The notes under the pieces were generated by a model, which did no database searches, was not told the origin of the DNA, and worked only from the letters and a program-made list of their open reading frames with translations. The position numbers and the translations under genes were made by a program. Positions 31,440 through 42,235 of a stretch of DNA of 64,000 nucleotides are shown here, piece by piece. Each line of letters starts with the position of its first letter. The stretch's first letter is position 1. Source of the DNA: the human T2T-CHM13v2.0 reference genome, Homo sapiens; NCBI RefSeq assembly GCF_009914755.1, contig NC_060933.1; one strand, given 5' to 3'.

Positions 31440-32790
31440 ATTGCCTTCTAGAAAGGTTAAACTGATTTATGCTGCTGCTAGCATTAAAGGAAGATATTTT
31501 TAAAAGAAGATAATTTATTATCATTTTCACTTCATTGATCATCTATGAGATGTATGTTTTTCTTAAATCTCTTTTCCATTTGTACTTCACCACTTATGAG
31601 TGGGTTTATTTTGGAAGGTTGGGATGTTGCCATTTGTTATTGGTTTGTAAACATTATTTTGAGGTTATTAAGGCTTCATCCACCTTACAAATATTTTCTA
31701 GTTTGTTGTTTGCTTCTTAAGAGTATTCATGATGATTTTCACAAATAGAAATGTTATCCTTTAAAAAAAATAATGTGTCAGATAATCTCAGGAGGGCTCT
31801 ATTCATCTATAAAATCTGTGGTTCTTTATTTTGCTTTTATACATAGGAATGTTTTTCCCATTTTAAGGTCAGATAGGTATTCATTTATATTCCTTGTCAT
31901 TTCATAAAATCATTTGTACTCTTAAAAAATTAAAACCATCTGGAATTCATGTTAATGGGGGTGATGGAAATGAAGTTGGGCTCCAGCATTATTTCTCCTC
32001 CAACAGTTAACCACTTGTTAAACCATCTTTCCTCCACTGTTTACTCTATGATAGACATGGGTCTAATACAAGCCATTGTATTATGTTTCATTGTTTATTT
32101 ATTTTTATGCTAGTAAAATACCAATTATATGACATTTACTATCTTTATTCTGTGTATCCTCCTTCTTTTCTTCATTTAAAACATTTCTGGCTATTTATTC
32201 TATCAGATGAACCTTATGCCTATCTTAATAATTTCCTTGAAAAAACGCTTGGGATTTTTACTGGAATTGTAATTAAATACATATATTAATTTGTGAAGAA
32301 TTGCCGTCTTTAAAATATTACATTTTTCTATCTAAAAACATGGCATGTCTTCCTATTTGGTTGAATTTTTACAATGTCTCTTAGTAAACTTTAATGGTTT
32401 TTATTACATAAGCCCTGCACATTTCTTATTAGGTTTATACTTAGAAATTTTATATATTTTTTTGCTGTCCTGAATGGAATATTCTCCCCATTATATTTTC
32501 TAGATAGCTCTCATCTAGTGAAAATAACTATTGATTTTTGTATTTTTTTACTTTTTGTATTTAATTTATAACCATCCCCTTACTGAATCACCTTATTAAT
32601 TCTATTAGTATTTCTGTTGGGTCTCCTGGATTTTATAGATAGGCATTCACATTATTTGCAGAAAAGAACATATTGTTGTCTCATTTTCCTCAAAGGTTAG
32701 TAGTTCTTATTTATTTTTCCTGCCTTATTGCATTGTCCAGAACTTCTAGACCCATGAAAATAGTCGTACTGATAGTGAGAGGCCTAGTGA
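31440..32790 (-). mobile_element. Ancient L1 (L1M-type) remnants, also at ~30330-30650
   Basis: Abrupt AT/T-rich block; antisense L1 motifs (gggatttttactggaattgtaattaaat...aattgccgtctttaaaatatt...catggcatgtcttcctattt). Confidence 0.65.
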
Positions 32791-32984
32791 AAATTCAGAG
32801 ACAGTTCTGGGGCAGGAGCCAGATTTGACCCATTCCTATCCCTACCATTGTCTCTTGAGACTCTGTTCACTCATTTGCTCATTTGTGAAACATTTTATGT
32901 TGACTTCTCTGGGCCAGGCCCTGTGCCAGATACTGAGACCAAGGATGACATATATAGGAGGCTTCCAGCTCAGAATTTCTCAAT

Positions 32985-33286
32985 ATTTATTCATTTATTT
33001 GTTTGTTTGAGACAGGGTCTTGGTCTGTCATCCAGGCTGGAGTGCAGTGGTGCTATCATAGCTCACTGCAGCCTTGACCTCCTGGACTCCAGCAGTCCTC
33101 CCACCCAGCCTCCCAAGTAGCTGGGACTACAGGTGTGCACCACCACACCCAGCTAAATTTTTTGCTTTTGTGGAGACGGGCTCACTTTGTTGCCCAGGCT
33201 GGTCCAGAACTCCTGGGCTCAAGTGATCCTCCTTCCTTGGCCTCTTAAAGTGTTGGGATTACAGGCATGAGCCACCATGCCTGGCC
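32985..33286 (-). mobile_element. AluJ-like inserted into a duplicated segment
   Basis: (TTTA/TTTG) tail and both arms; TSD-like AGAATTTCTCAAT / AGAATTTCCAAAT. Confidence 0.88.
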
Positions 33287-33968
33287 AGAATTTCCAAATC
33301 TTTTGTGATTTATTCCTCCCTTGTCTCACCCCATCTCTGGGCCTCAGCCACCCAAGCCTTCTGTTCTATTTCCCAACCCTACCTGCAGGAAAGGTATTCA
33401 CCATAGTTCCCATTCCTGCTATGTTCTTGGCACTTAAGGCTCCCATCTGTCTTCTAGTACCACCTGGCTCTGTTAACTAATCCAGGCAGAGTCTGCCATT
33501 TCACATACAGAGAGGGAAAGTGGCTTGCTCAAGGTCACACAGGCTCTGTCGTGGTCACACAAGCTCATTGGCTGGAGAGCTGGTCTGGCAACAAGATTCT
33601 TGTTTCTATGAAGGTGTAAATGGTTAGTTAGACTTTGTATATAACTTATATTTCTTATTGGAAGATTTGCAGGAGCCTGGCTGGGAAGACATATAGTGTG
33701 CTCTATCCCAGAAGTCATACCTTCACCTGTCTAGGGGTACCTTGAGCATCCCTTAAGCCGCCACTTCATCTGGTTCCTCCTTGTCTTTTTCCAGCCTCAA
33801 CTTAGCTGTAACTCCCTTCAAGGATTTACCTCCGTCTAGGTGAAGTTCTCTCCAACTTCTTCCTGTCCTCCACTTACCACCGGATTGTAGTTTTTCATCT
33901 GCAGTATATCAAAATGTAAAGAGTTCAGGCTCTGGAACCAGACTGCAAGAACCTAAATCCCACTTTCT

Positions 33969-34475
33969 TTTTTTTAATTTTTAATTTTTATTTTAAGTTT
34001 CGGGCCACATGTGCAGGATGTGTAGGTTTGTTACATAGGGAAACGTGTGCCATGGTGGTTTGTTGCACCTATCAACCCGTCACCTAGGTATTAAGCACAG
34101 CATGCATTAACTAATTTTCCTAATGCTCTCCCTACCCCTACTCCCCTGCCACCGACAGGCCCCAGTGTATGTTGTTCATCCCAGTGCGTCCATGTGTTCT
34201 CATTGTTCAGCTCCCACTTATGAGTGAGAGCAGGCAGTATTTGGTTTTCTGTTCCTGCATTAGTTTGCTTAGGATAATGGCTTCTTCATCCATGTCCCTG
34301 CAAAGGACGTGATCTCATTCCTTTTTATGGCTGCATAGTATTCCGTGATGTATATGTACCACATTTTCTTTATCCAGTCTATCACTGATGCGCATTTAGG
34401 TTGATTCCATGTCTTTGCTATTGTAAATAGTGCTGCAATGAATATACAAGTGCATGTATCTTTGTAATAGAATGA
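33969..34475 (-). mobile_element. 5'-truncated primate L1PA 3' end, inserted in a MIR
   Basis: L1 3'UTR (catgtgcaggatgtgtaggtttgttacatagg..., cattgttcagctcccacttatgagtgag); TSD CTAAATCCCACTTTCT / CTAAATCCAACTTTCT. Confidence 0.9.
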
Positions 34476-37122
34476 CTAAATCCAACTTTCTAATTGTATG
34501 ACCTTGGACAAGTGACTTATTCCTACCGTGCCTTAGCTTCCTCTTCTGTAAAAGGGGGATAGTGATCGTTGCCAACTTATGGATTTGGAGGATTAAATGA
34601 GTTAATATGTGTCCAGGGCTTAAGGAGCACACAGTAAATATTAATGCTTATCATCATCACTGGTCTCTCTGGTTTTTCCATCATGGACATGAGTGTGTCT
34701 GTTCCCCACCATGGCATTCCCTGTCTTCTGTTCAACTTGAGATTTGGCTTGTAGCATCTGTACTTGTAGGTATCATACTCGGGCAGGCATTGCATCTTGA
34801 GCACTGTGCTGGCTGCTGAGAATGCAGAGAGACATCCATGAATAACTAAAATGCCCTGGGTAAGGACCTTGGGCAAGGGAACAAGTCATCATTTTGGGTC
34901 TCAGTTTCCTTTTTTTGTAAGATAACAGAATGGGATACCTGAAGGCCCAGCCCTGAAAGCTTGTTAAGCCCAGCTCCTCTATCAGCTGCAGATCGAGGTG
35001 GGCACAGGCTGGCTGAGAAAGAGCTGCTGTCCTTTTTTGGCCATTGGAATCCTCGGTAGCCCTAGGTCTGGCCTTGTACCATGGACATAAAAGGCATTGA
35101 GCTGGGCTTCTGAACAGCCCAGGGTGGGAGGGTGTCCGGGAGGAGCAGCTGCAGTGCAAGGTGAATCCCAGAGGTGAGGTTCTGCAGAAGATATGACCTG
35201 GAGGGGCCCAGATGGACAGAGTTGGAGTTCTGGGGACCTTCAGCCTGGGGTTGCTGGGGGGATGGGGAGTGTGGGAGAAGCACCCAGGCCTCCCATTTGC
35301 AAATGGGGCTTTGAAGTCAGACCTAGCCTGGGGACAGACTCAGCCTTTGTCTCTTCCCTGCCAGGGAAGGCCAGCCCAGGCTGGGACTTGGCCTTCTCTG
35401 AACCCACCTTTGTCCTTCCTTGGAACAAATGGGTGCTATGAGGACTAAAGGAGTTGGTGCACAGAGTGGGGCTAGCTCAGTGTCTGCACATAGTAGGTGA
35501 GCAGCAAAAGCTCATTCCTTTCCCTTCTGGAGGCACTTTCTAGTTCAGAATGCAGTGATGTCTGGTGGAGGGTGACCGAGTCAGGATTTGGAAAATCTGA
35601 GTTCTAATGAAGAAAAGAACTGAGTGGGAATTAATTAAAGTTGCCCAAACCACCCTTCCCATGTGTTATGACCATTATCCCACTGGCTCCTTGCCTGGAA
35701 ACCTGGGAAGCTGGCGTGTGTTTGTGTGTGTGTGCACGTGTATGTGTGTGCGCATGTGTGGTCCCCCCTTTAAAGGTGAGGGAGCTGAGCTCAGGAAGGT
35801 GCAGTGACTTGCCTGAGGTCCCACTGTGAGTCTGGCAGGTCCAGGACTTCTGACTCTGGGCCCAGCTGAGGCAGGGAGGGGAGAGGGCTCAAGGTGGGAT
35901 AGGAATGGGGACAAAGATGAAGAGCTCTTAGAAGGTGACACAGGGTGGACTGACTTTCCACAGGGCTGTTTCCTGAGTCATCTGATCAGGTTTGGCCAAA
36001 GGAGAGGAGCCGCAGCCAGGAGCACCCCGTGACAGACATGGCTGGTGAACCTGTGGGCCCTTTTCCCGAGCCCCATGCTCTCAGGAGCCAGGATCTGTGT
36101 GACAGGGACTGTCCCCTATGCTAGGCACAAAGAGTGCTTGCCTCTGATGAGGGACTCACTGCTTGTCAGTTTCTCCTCAAGTTACTGCCTGTTCTAACTC
36201 AGCAGGAGCCAGGGCATCCTGGAACGCAGGTCTGGGAGTCACCAGTCAGGATTATAATCTCAGCTCTGCCAATGCTTCATCTTGAGGCCCTAGACAGTCC
36301 CTTTCCTTCTCCTAGCCTCAGTTTTCCCAAATATATTATGAGAGGAATAATGCTTCCTTTGCCTCACTAGATTGTAGAAATCTAGTGCGGTGAGGGATAG
36401 TGCCAACTGTGAAGGGCTGTACACACCTGTAAGTGGCTGTTCGTGCATTGAACCTCATGTAGAGACCCATGAAATGGATATCAACATTCTGGAAAATCAA
36501 AAAGTATTGACACGCCTCTTGGACATGTCTCTCAGAAACCCCTGAGAGCCCCAGGGGAACAAGCCAGGAGACAGTCCTGGCCACGTGCACGGGCAGAGAC
36601 TGGTCACCTGGAGGATGGACGCAGAGCTCTACAAGTAGGATGTGAAGGACACATTCCAGCTGTGAACTGAAGAATGTTTGTGGTTTGGCTAACGATGATT
36701 GGAGAAAGGGTTTCTAGGTGTGGGTGACTGCCTGAGCAACAGCCTGGTTGCAGGACAGTGTGGGACATGGCTGGGGCGTGGGCTGTGGTTTGAGGATAGA
36801 GCAGAGGGACCCTCTCTGTGGGTTTGGCTGCTGAAAGGAGAGCAGAGTCTAGATAGGGTGCCTGGGACTGGCTGGATTACAGAAGACTTGGGATAGCAGA
36901 AGGAGGAACTTGGACTTTGTCACCATGCAGTCAGGGGAAGCTGTGGAAGGTGTTAGAGCAGGGGAGTAGTAGAATTGGAGAAGACCCTCTGGAGGTGTGT
37001 GAGTGGGAGGATGGATGGGAAGGCATTTAAGCAAGGGAGCAGGGCTTTGAGCAGAGTTTGTGGGGAGGCAGACATCCTTTCTAGATGACTTGGTGGCCAA
37101 AGTGGAATTGTTTTTGTTTCAG

Positions 37123-37176
37123 GGACAGAAAGGGGACCCAGGGCTCTCACCAGGAAAGGCCCACGATGGGGCAAAG
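37123..37176 (+). CDS. COL27A1: Exon 6 (54 bp) GQKGDPGLSPGKAHDGAK, with two Gly-X-Y interruptions
   Basis: tttgtttcag|GGA...AAG|gtaggt; 54 bp, phase 0. Confidence 0.93.
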
Positions 37177-38678
37177 GTAGGTTTCCAGGGACCCCAGTTC
37201 TCAGGGAAGAGGGGAGTGGATGATAGTGAAATTGCCACACTTTAAAGCTAGCTGTCCTGCCAGAGGCCATGCATGGCAAAGGCAGGGAGGTGGGAACATC
37301 TGGAAGGGTTAGGGTATGGTTTGGTTTTTTCCTTGAAGTCCTTTAGCCTTTCCCAACACCAAACCCACCCAAGGTTATTCCCAGCCACCTTCTTTCCAGA
37401 ATGCAACCAACAAAACTGACAAAAGATTTCTCCTATGGACACACGCTTGGTGAATGTCCTTTTGCCTAATGTCCTGCATGGCTTTCTGCGGGGTCTGCTA
37501 GGTGACTGTGGGCATCCAGAAGTTTCTTGGTAGCACATGGCCAGGAAGCTTCCAATAGACACTCAAAGCCTTTGCTGAGGTTAACTCCAGCAGACGGGTC
37601 TGTGGATTTCTAGGAGGCTAGAGATTCAGGGCTCCCTAACTCTGAAGGGCTATGAAACCAGGCTTGCCTGCAGAAGGAAAAACACTTTGGCTAAAGGCCT
37701 TCATCCGTCTCTGAAGCATCCACCCCATAAACTGAGCAAGGGACTTGGAGGGAGTGCAGGACAGATGGGAAGAGGGGAGCCCAGAACTCCAAATGAGATT
37801 GTCCAGTGTGTCAGTCTTCCAGGCACACACACCCTGGAAGCAATGCCCAGGTCTGCCTGACTTCCTTCTGGACACAGCCCCAGAGCCATCCTGATGGATG
37901 GAACACTGCTTCTCAGCCCAGCCTCCTGTGCTTAAAGGCACCTAGAATTGGCTGCTTTCTTTGATTTCCCCAAGACACGAGTTGCTTATTTCTTCACATC
38001 CTCACTGCTAGGTGTTTGCACTTAGCACATATTTACTGGGTGACCCAGGGTCCCAGGAGAGTGTTCCCATATACTACCACTTGACCCCCATCATAACCCC
38101 ATGAGCCAGGACAGACGGGCCCAGCTTACAAATGAGAAAACGGAGGCCTAGGCAGGGGTGGCTTGCTGGAGGTCATGCAGCTGATAAGTGGCAAAATGAG
38201 ATCGGCACCCAGGAGCCCAGGCTTCCCTCCTGCTCCTGTGTGGCCTGTTCTCAGGTCTTGGGGTGGTGGCAGAAATGCCCCCTGCTTGGCCAGCGGCATG
38301 CCCAGCAATGGAAGGTGTCTTAGGACTGCAGGGAGAGATGGCTGATTGATATGGGACTGATAAGGCACATGTCCTCTGGAGCATAGTTTTCAAACGTGGT
38401 TTTAGTATCGGAACCCATTCTTCAAGTGGTGTCTTCTGCTGAAGCCCAGTATGTAAAATAGATCAGATGGAGCCGCTGAGTTGAGTGGGGAAGGGGCTGG
38501 GTACACCACTCACTCTTCTTGCTGGGCAGCCCCCGAGTCTCCTCTGAGGCCTCTACTTCTCTATGAATCTCATTTGGAAACAACCAGCCATTGGAAGTTA
38601 CCATTCCAATTTGTAGAGTGTAGCAGAGTGTCTCTGCTCCCGTTTTCCTGCCTTATCCACCTTGTCTGTGTCTTCCAG

Positions 38679-38732
38679 GGTGACATGGGCTTGCCTGGGC
38701 TCTCCGGGAATCCAGGACCTCCGGGACGAAAG
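38679..38732 (+). CDS. COL27A1: Exon 7 (54 bp) GDMGLPGLSGNPGPPGRK
   Basis: tcttccag|GGT...AAG|gtactg; Gly-X-Y. Confidence 0.95.
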
Positions 38733-41133
38733 GTACTGTTTGGTTTTGATGCTTTGCCTTGCGCAGTGGGCCTCCTAGCAAGCCAGGTCTTCAGGCAGAA
38801 GAGCTGTGGGCCCACCTGCCTCTCCCCAGCCCCAGCCCAGCTCCCCTGGGCACAGGGTACATGGGTGAGAGGTGAGAGAGCTTTCCAAGGGTTGTGCCTG
38901 TTGAGGGCAGGGAATACCTCGGCTCGTAGTAGGTGCCTCCCACCACGGTTAATGAGGTAGCATAGGAAGTATCCTTGGTTTGCTGTCCTTCCTTTTGGGG
39001 GCCCAGCCGCTCCCAGGGAGGCCACCTTCAAGAAAGCCTGTGGTGATGGAGTAACCTGTGCTGGCCCTGGCTCCACCACCCACTGGCTGAGAGGCCGTGG
39101 GCCTGCGAGTCCTGTCTCTGCCCCTCAGCCTCCTCCTACATGAGATGGAGACAATGATCCCCGTCTCTGACCCTGCACAGTCTGGGGCTGTGTGACCAGG
39201 AGCAAGGCCTGGAGCGGAGAAGTTGAGGGAGTGGACCCTGGGGTCAGTTGGACCTGGGTCCTACTCCTGCTTCTGCCATTTCCTGGCTGGGTGACCTTGG
39301 GCAAGTCAGTGAGCTCTCAGAGTCTAATATGCGGCCCTCGCTGATGCTCTGCAGGGGAAGGGGAAGGGGAATGATCTGGAGAGGCAGTGGGTTCTCTCTA
39401 TCTTGCTGGCTGTTGTTATGTCACGCCCATCCCATCCCCATTTCAGCCATGCTGGGGGAGTTACCTGTCCAAACGCCTGTGTGAGGAAAAGACTGGCATT
39501 TCCTGGGTAGTGGGTCTGTAACTTACAGTCCCCCTGGATTTCTGTGACTCCTCCAGCCTGTGTCTCCCTTCCTTCAAGACTCTACTCTAGTTGTGCCTAC
39601 TCCAGGAAGTCCTCCTGGAGCACCCAGCTTCAGGCCATGAGGCTCCTCTCTGCTCAAGAACACTTAAGCTGTCTTGGCTTAGTTATTTTGAGCCACCAGG
39701 CATGCCTCACCAACCAGGGTGTGCAAATCTGGTTTATTGCTCTTCCTACTGAGCCTAGCATGAAGCCTGTGCATAGCAGGTGTTCAGGAAATGGGGGGAA
39801 GGCAATGCAGACTAAGGATCGATTGCTTTTTCCAAGAAAATCCCCAACCGCTGATGGATTGTCTGGTGAATCCATCGGCCTACCACTGTGTCTTAAGCTT
39901 CTGCCCTGGCTCCCAGCTGTGGCCACAGCTGAACTCTCTCTAGGCCATCTGGCTCTCATCTGGACAGCTGGGGTGTCTCCCAGCTCCATCCTGTTCTTGC
40001 CTTGAGAGCCCCATGACACAGGGGGCCTTGCAGGACCTCGTTCCCCCATTCCCTTCTCCATGGCCAGAGCAGGCCATACCTTCAACCTGAGAGGCCCACC
40101 CCAGAAGCAGTGGCTGTTTGTGAGCTGGGAAACATGGTCCTTTCTGGCTCAGAGAACACAGAGGGACTTGCGCTCCCCACTTACTTCCTCTCTGGGCTCT
40201 AGCGCTTTCTGATGGATGAGGTGTGAGTGGAAAAGGCTCCTTCCGGTCCCAGCTCATAAAGCAGCCTCGGGTGGTCTTGTTCTGCATGGGGGTGGCAGCC
40301 TAGCAGAGGTGGCAGGAGATGGGGAAACCAGACTGGAACCAGCTCCTCCCTGGGGTGCCAGGGCTCCTTGCATTAAGCAGATGTCCGGGGAGGCCAAGGA
40401 CCCCCAACCAAGAGGAGCCAACTCACCTGAGCAGGGAGAGGCAGCTTCTCCAAGTTAAGGAAAAGCCACTGCGCAGCTGGAAAACTATTTGGCAAAGCCA
40501 ATTGCTCTGAGCTCCCCTCTGGCCCTGGCCTAGACATGCACAGAAGAGTTTCGTCTGTGGCAGGCTGGCGTCACCCACTTACAGAGGGTGCTGGGCGAAG
40601 TGTCGGGGAGCTCAGGTCCCAAGGCAGAGACCCCTGACCAGTGGTGGGGATCAGAGAAGAGAACCACTGCCATGGGCAATGTGCCTGGGGCCACCATTGT
40701 AGATGGTCTTTCCTATCACACACATCTTTGGTGACAATAGCAGCCACTTGGCTCTGATCTTGCAGTGTGGCTTTTCTGCATTATTTCTTGTGGGAAACCT
40801 TGAGGGGAGAAGGGAAGTGAGTGGATAAGAGGTGAGGTTAGCTTCCTCTTCGTGCTTACCAGCACATTGAATTTTTGTCATTCTGAGGCAACACAGATAA
40901 TCCTATTTATTCATTTATTTAACAAGAATTATTGAATGCCTATAATGTGCCAGCCACTGAGCTGAATGGACAAAAATCCCTGCCCCACAGGGCCTGCATC
41001 CTTGTGGGGGTGTGGGGAGACAGAAGATACAAAGAAAAACAGTAAAAATAAAAGGTACACTATAAGACAGAAAGGGCTATGGAGAAAAATTAGCAAGAGA
41101 AAGGGAGTTTTGGTTGGAGGGTGCAGTCTACAG

Positions 41134-41268
41134 CAGTGGCTCCCAGCTGGGGAGCTCAAGCCCCATCGTGGTGATTCTGGCTCAGCTGGTCTGAGTGGGA
41201 CTCAGGCATCAGTAGCTCTAAAAGGCCTCCAGGTGTTTCCCACATGCAGTCAAGAATGAGAGGCACCA
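41134..41268. mobile_element. MER5-like hAT MITE fragment
   Basis: cagtggctccca...gattctggctcagctggtctg...ccaggtg...catgcagtcaagaatgag. Confidence 0.45.
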
Positions 41269-41888
41269 ATTTAATGGAAATACCTTCCATGGGTTTCTAA
41301 GCTGCAGGGCTAGGATTCGAACCCAGGTCTTCTGACCCTCAGGCCCTTTCTGTCACCACAAGGCTGATTGAAACAGTTTCTCAAACAAGACAGTGTCCAT
41401 CTGGTAAAAAAAGAGGCTGCCTGCCCGAGAAGGTTTGTTTCTCTGCCACCGCCTGAGATACTTGTGGAAGGAATTTGCTGGGCCAGTTCCCAAGGTGGGG
41501 AAGACACGCAAACCAGGTCAGATAGACCTGGATGGAATCCCCGCTCTGTCCCTCTCCTGCTGTGTGAGCTTGGGCAAGTTGCCTCACCTTGCTGGTCCTC
41601 AGCTGCCTCATGAGGTGGTTGGGAGGATTAAATGAGATGTAATATCCCTGCCCTCAGCACAGGGCTGGCACACGGCTGGCACTTTGTATGTATTTGTGTG
41701 ATGAATAAATAATGATCATGATGATCACGAAGAGAAGCATCTGAAGAAGGTCTTGCCAATCTGGTAGCACTAGTCATTTTGCTAGTTTCCAGCTAACCAC
41801 CCTCCACTAGCCAAGAAGGCTGCCAGAACTCCATGTGCACCTCCCATGCTTTCTCTCATCTAACCCTCCTGCTTTCTTTCCTGTAGAC

Positions 41889-42110
41889 CAGTAGTTCTCA
41901 ACTTGGGGTGATTTTGCCCCCCAGGGAACAGTTGGCAGTGTCTGGAGATATTTTTGGCCATTACCTACAACTGGGAGGGAGGTGCTACTGGCTTCTAATG
42001 AGTAGAAGCCAGAAATACTGCTAAACATTCTGCAGTGCACGAGATAGCCCTTCCCTCCCATACACATACAAGATGTGTTCAGCCCACAAAGTCAGTGTTG
42101 AGAAACCTTG
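41889..42110 (+). mobile_element. MER20 (hAT-Charlie)
   Basis: cagtagttctcaac...gattttgccccccaggga...ggtgctactggc...gttgagaaaccttg; TIR-like ends. Confidence 0.85.
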
Positions 42111-42235
42111 CTGTATAGAAACCCTGGCCCCATCCAATCCCATATACCCTGGGCCTTCCTGCCTCCCTGGCCCCCGCTGTGTAGAAACCCTGGCCCCATC
42201 CAATCCCGTGTACCCTGGGCCTTCCTGCCTCCCTG
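42110..42235. repeat. Tandem duplication, 66-bp period, 2 copies
   Basis: 42110-42169 vs 42176-42235, 57/60 identical. Confidence 0.92.

Noticed and set aside
38697-38699. Gly697 codon, site of the Steel syndrome Gly697Arg allele (recalled numbering)
   Set aside because: The sequence is GGG (Gly), so no pathogenic change is present.
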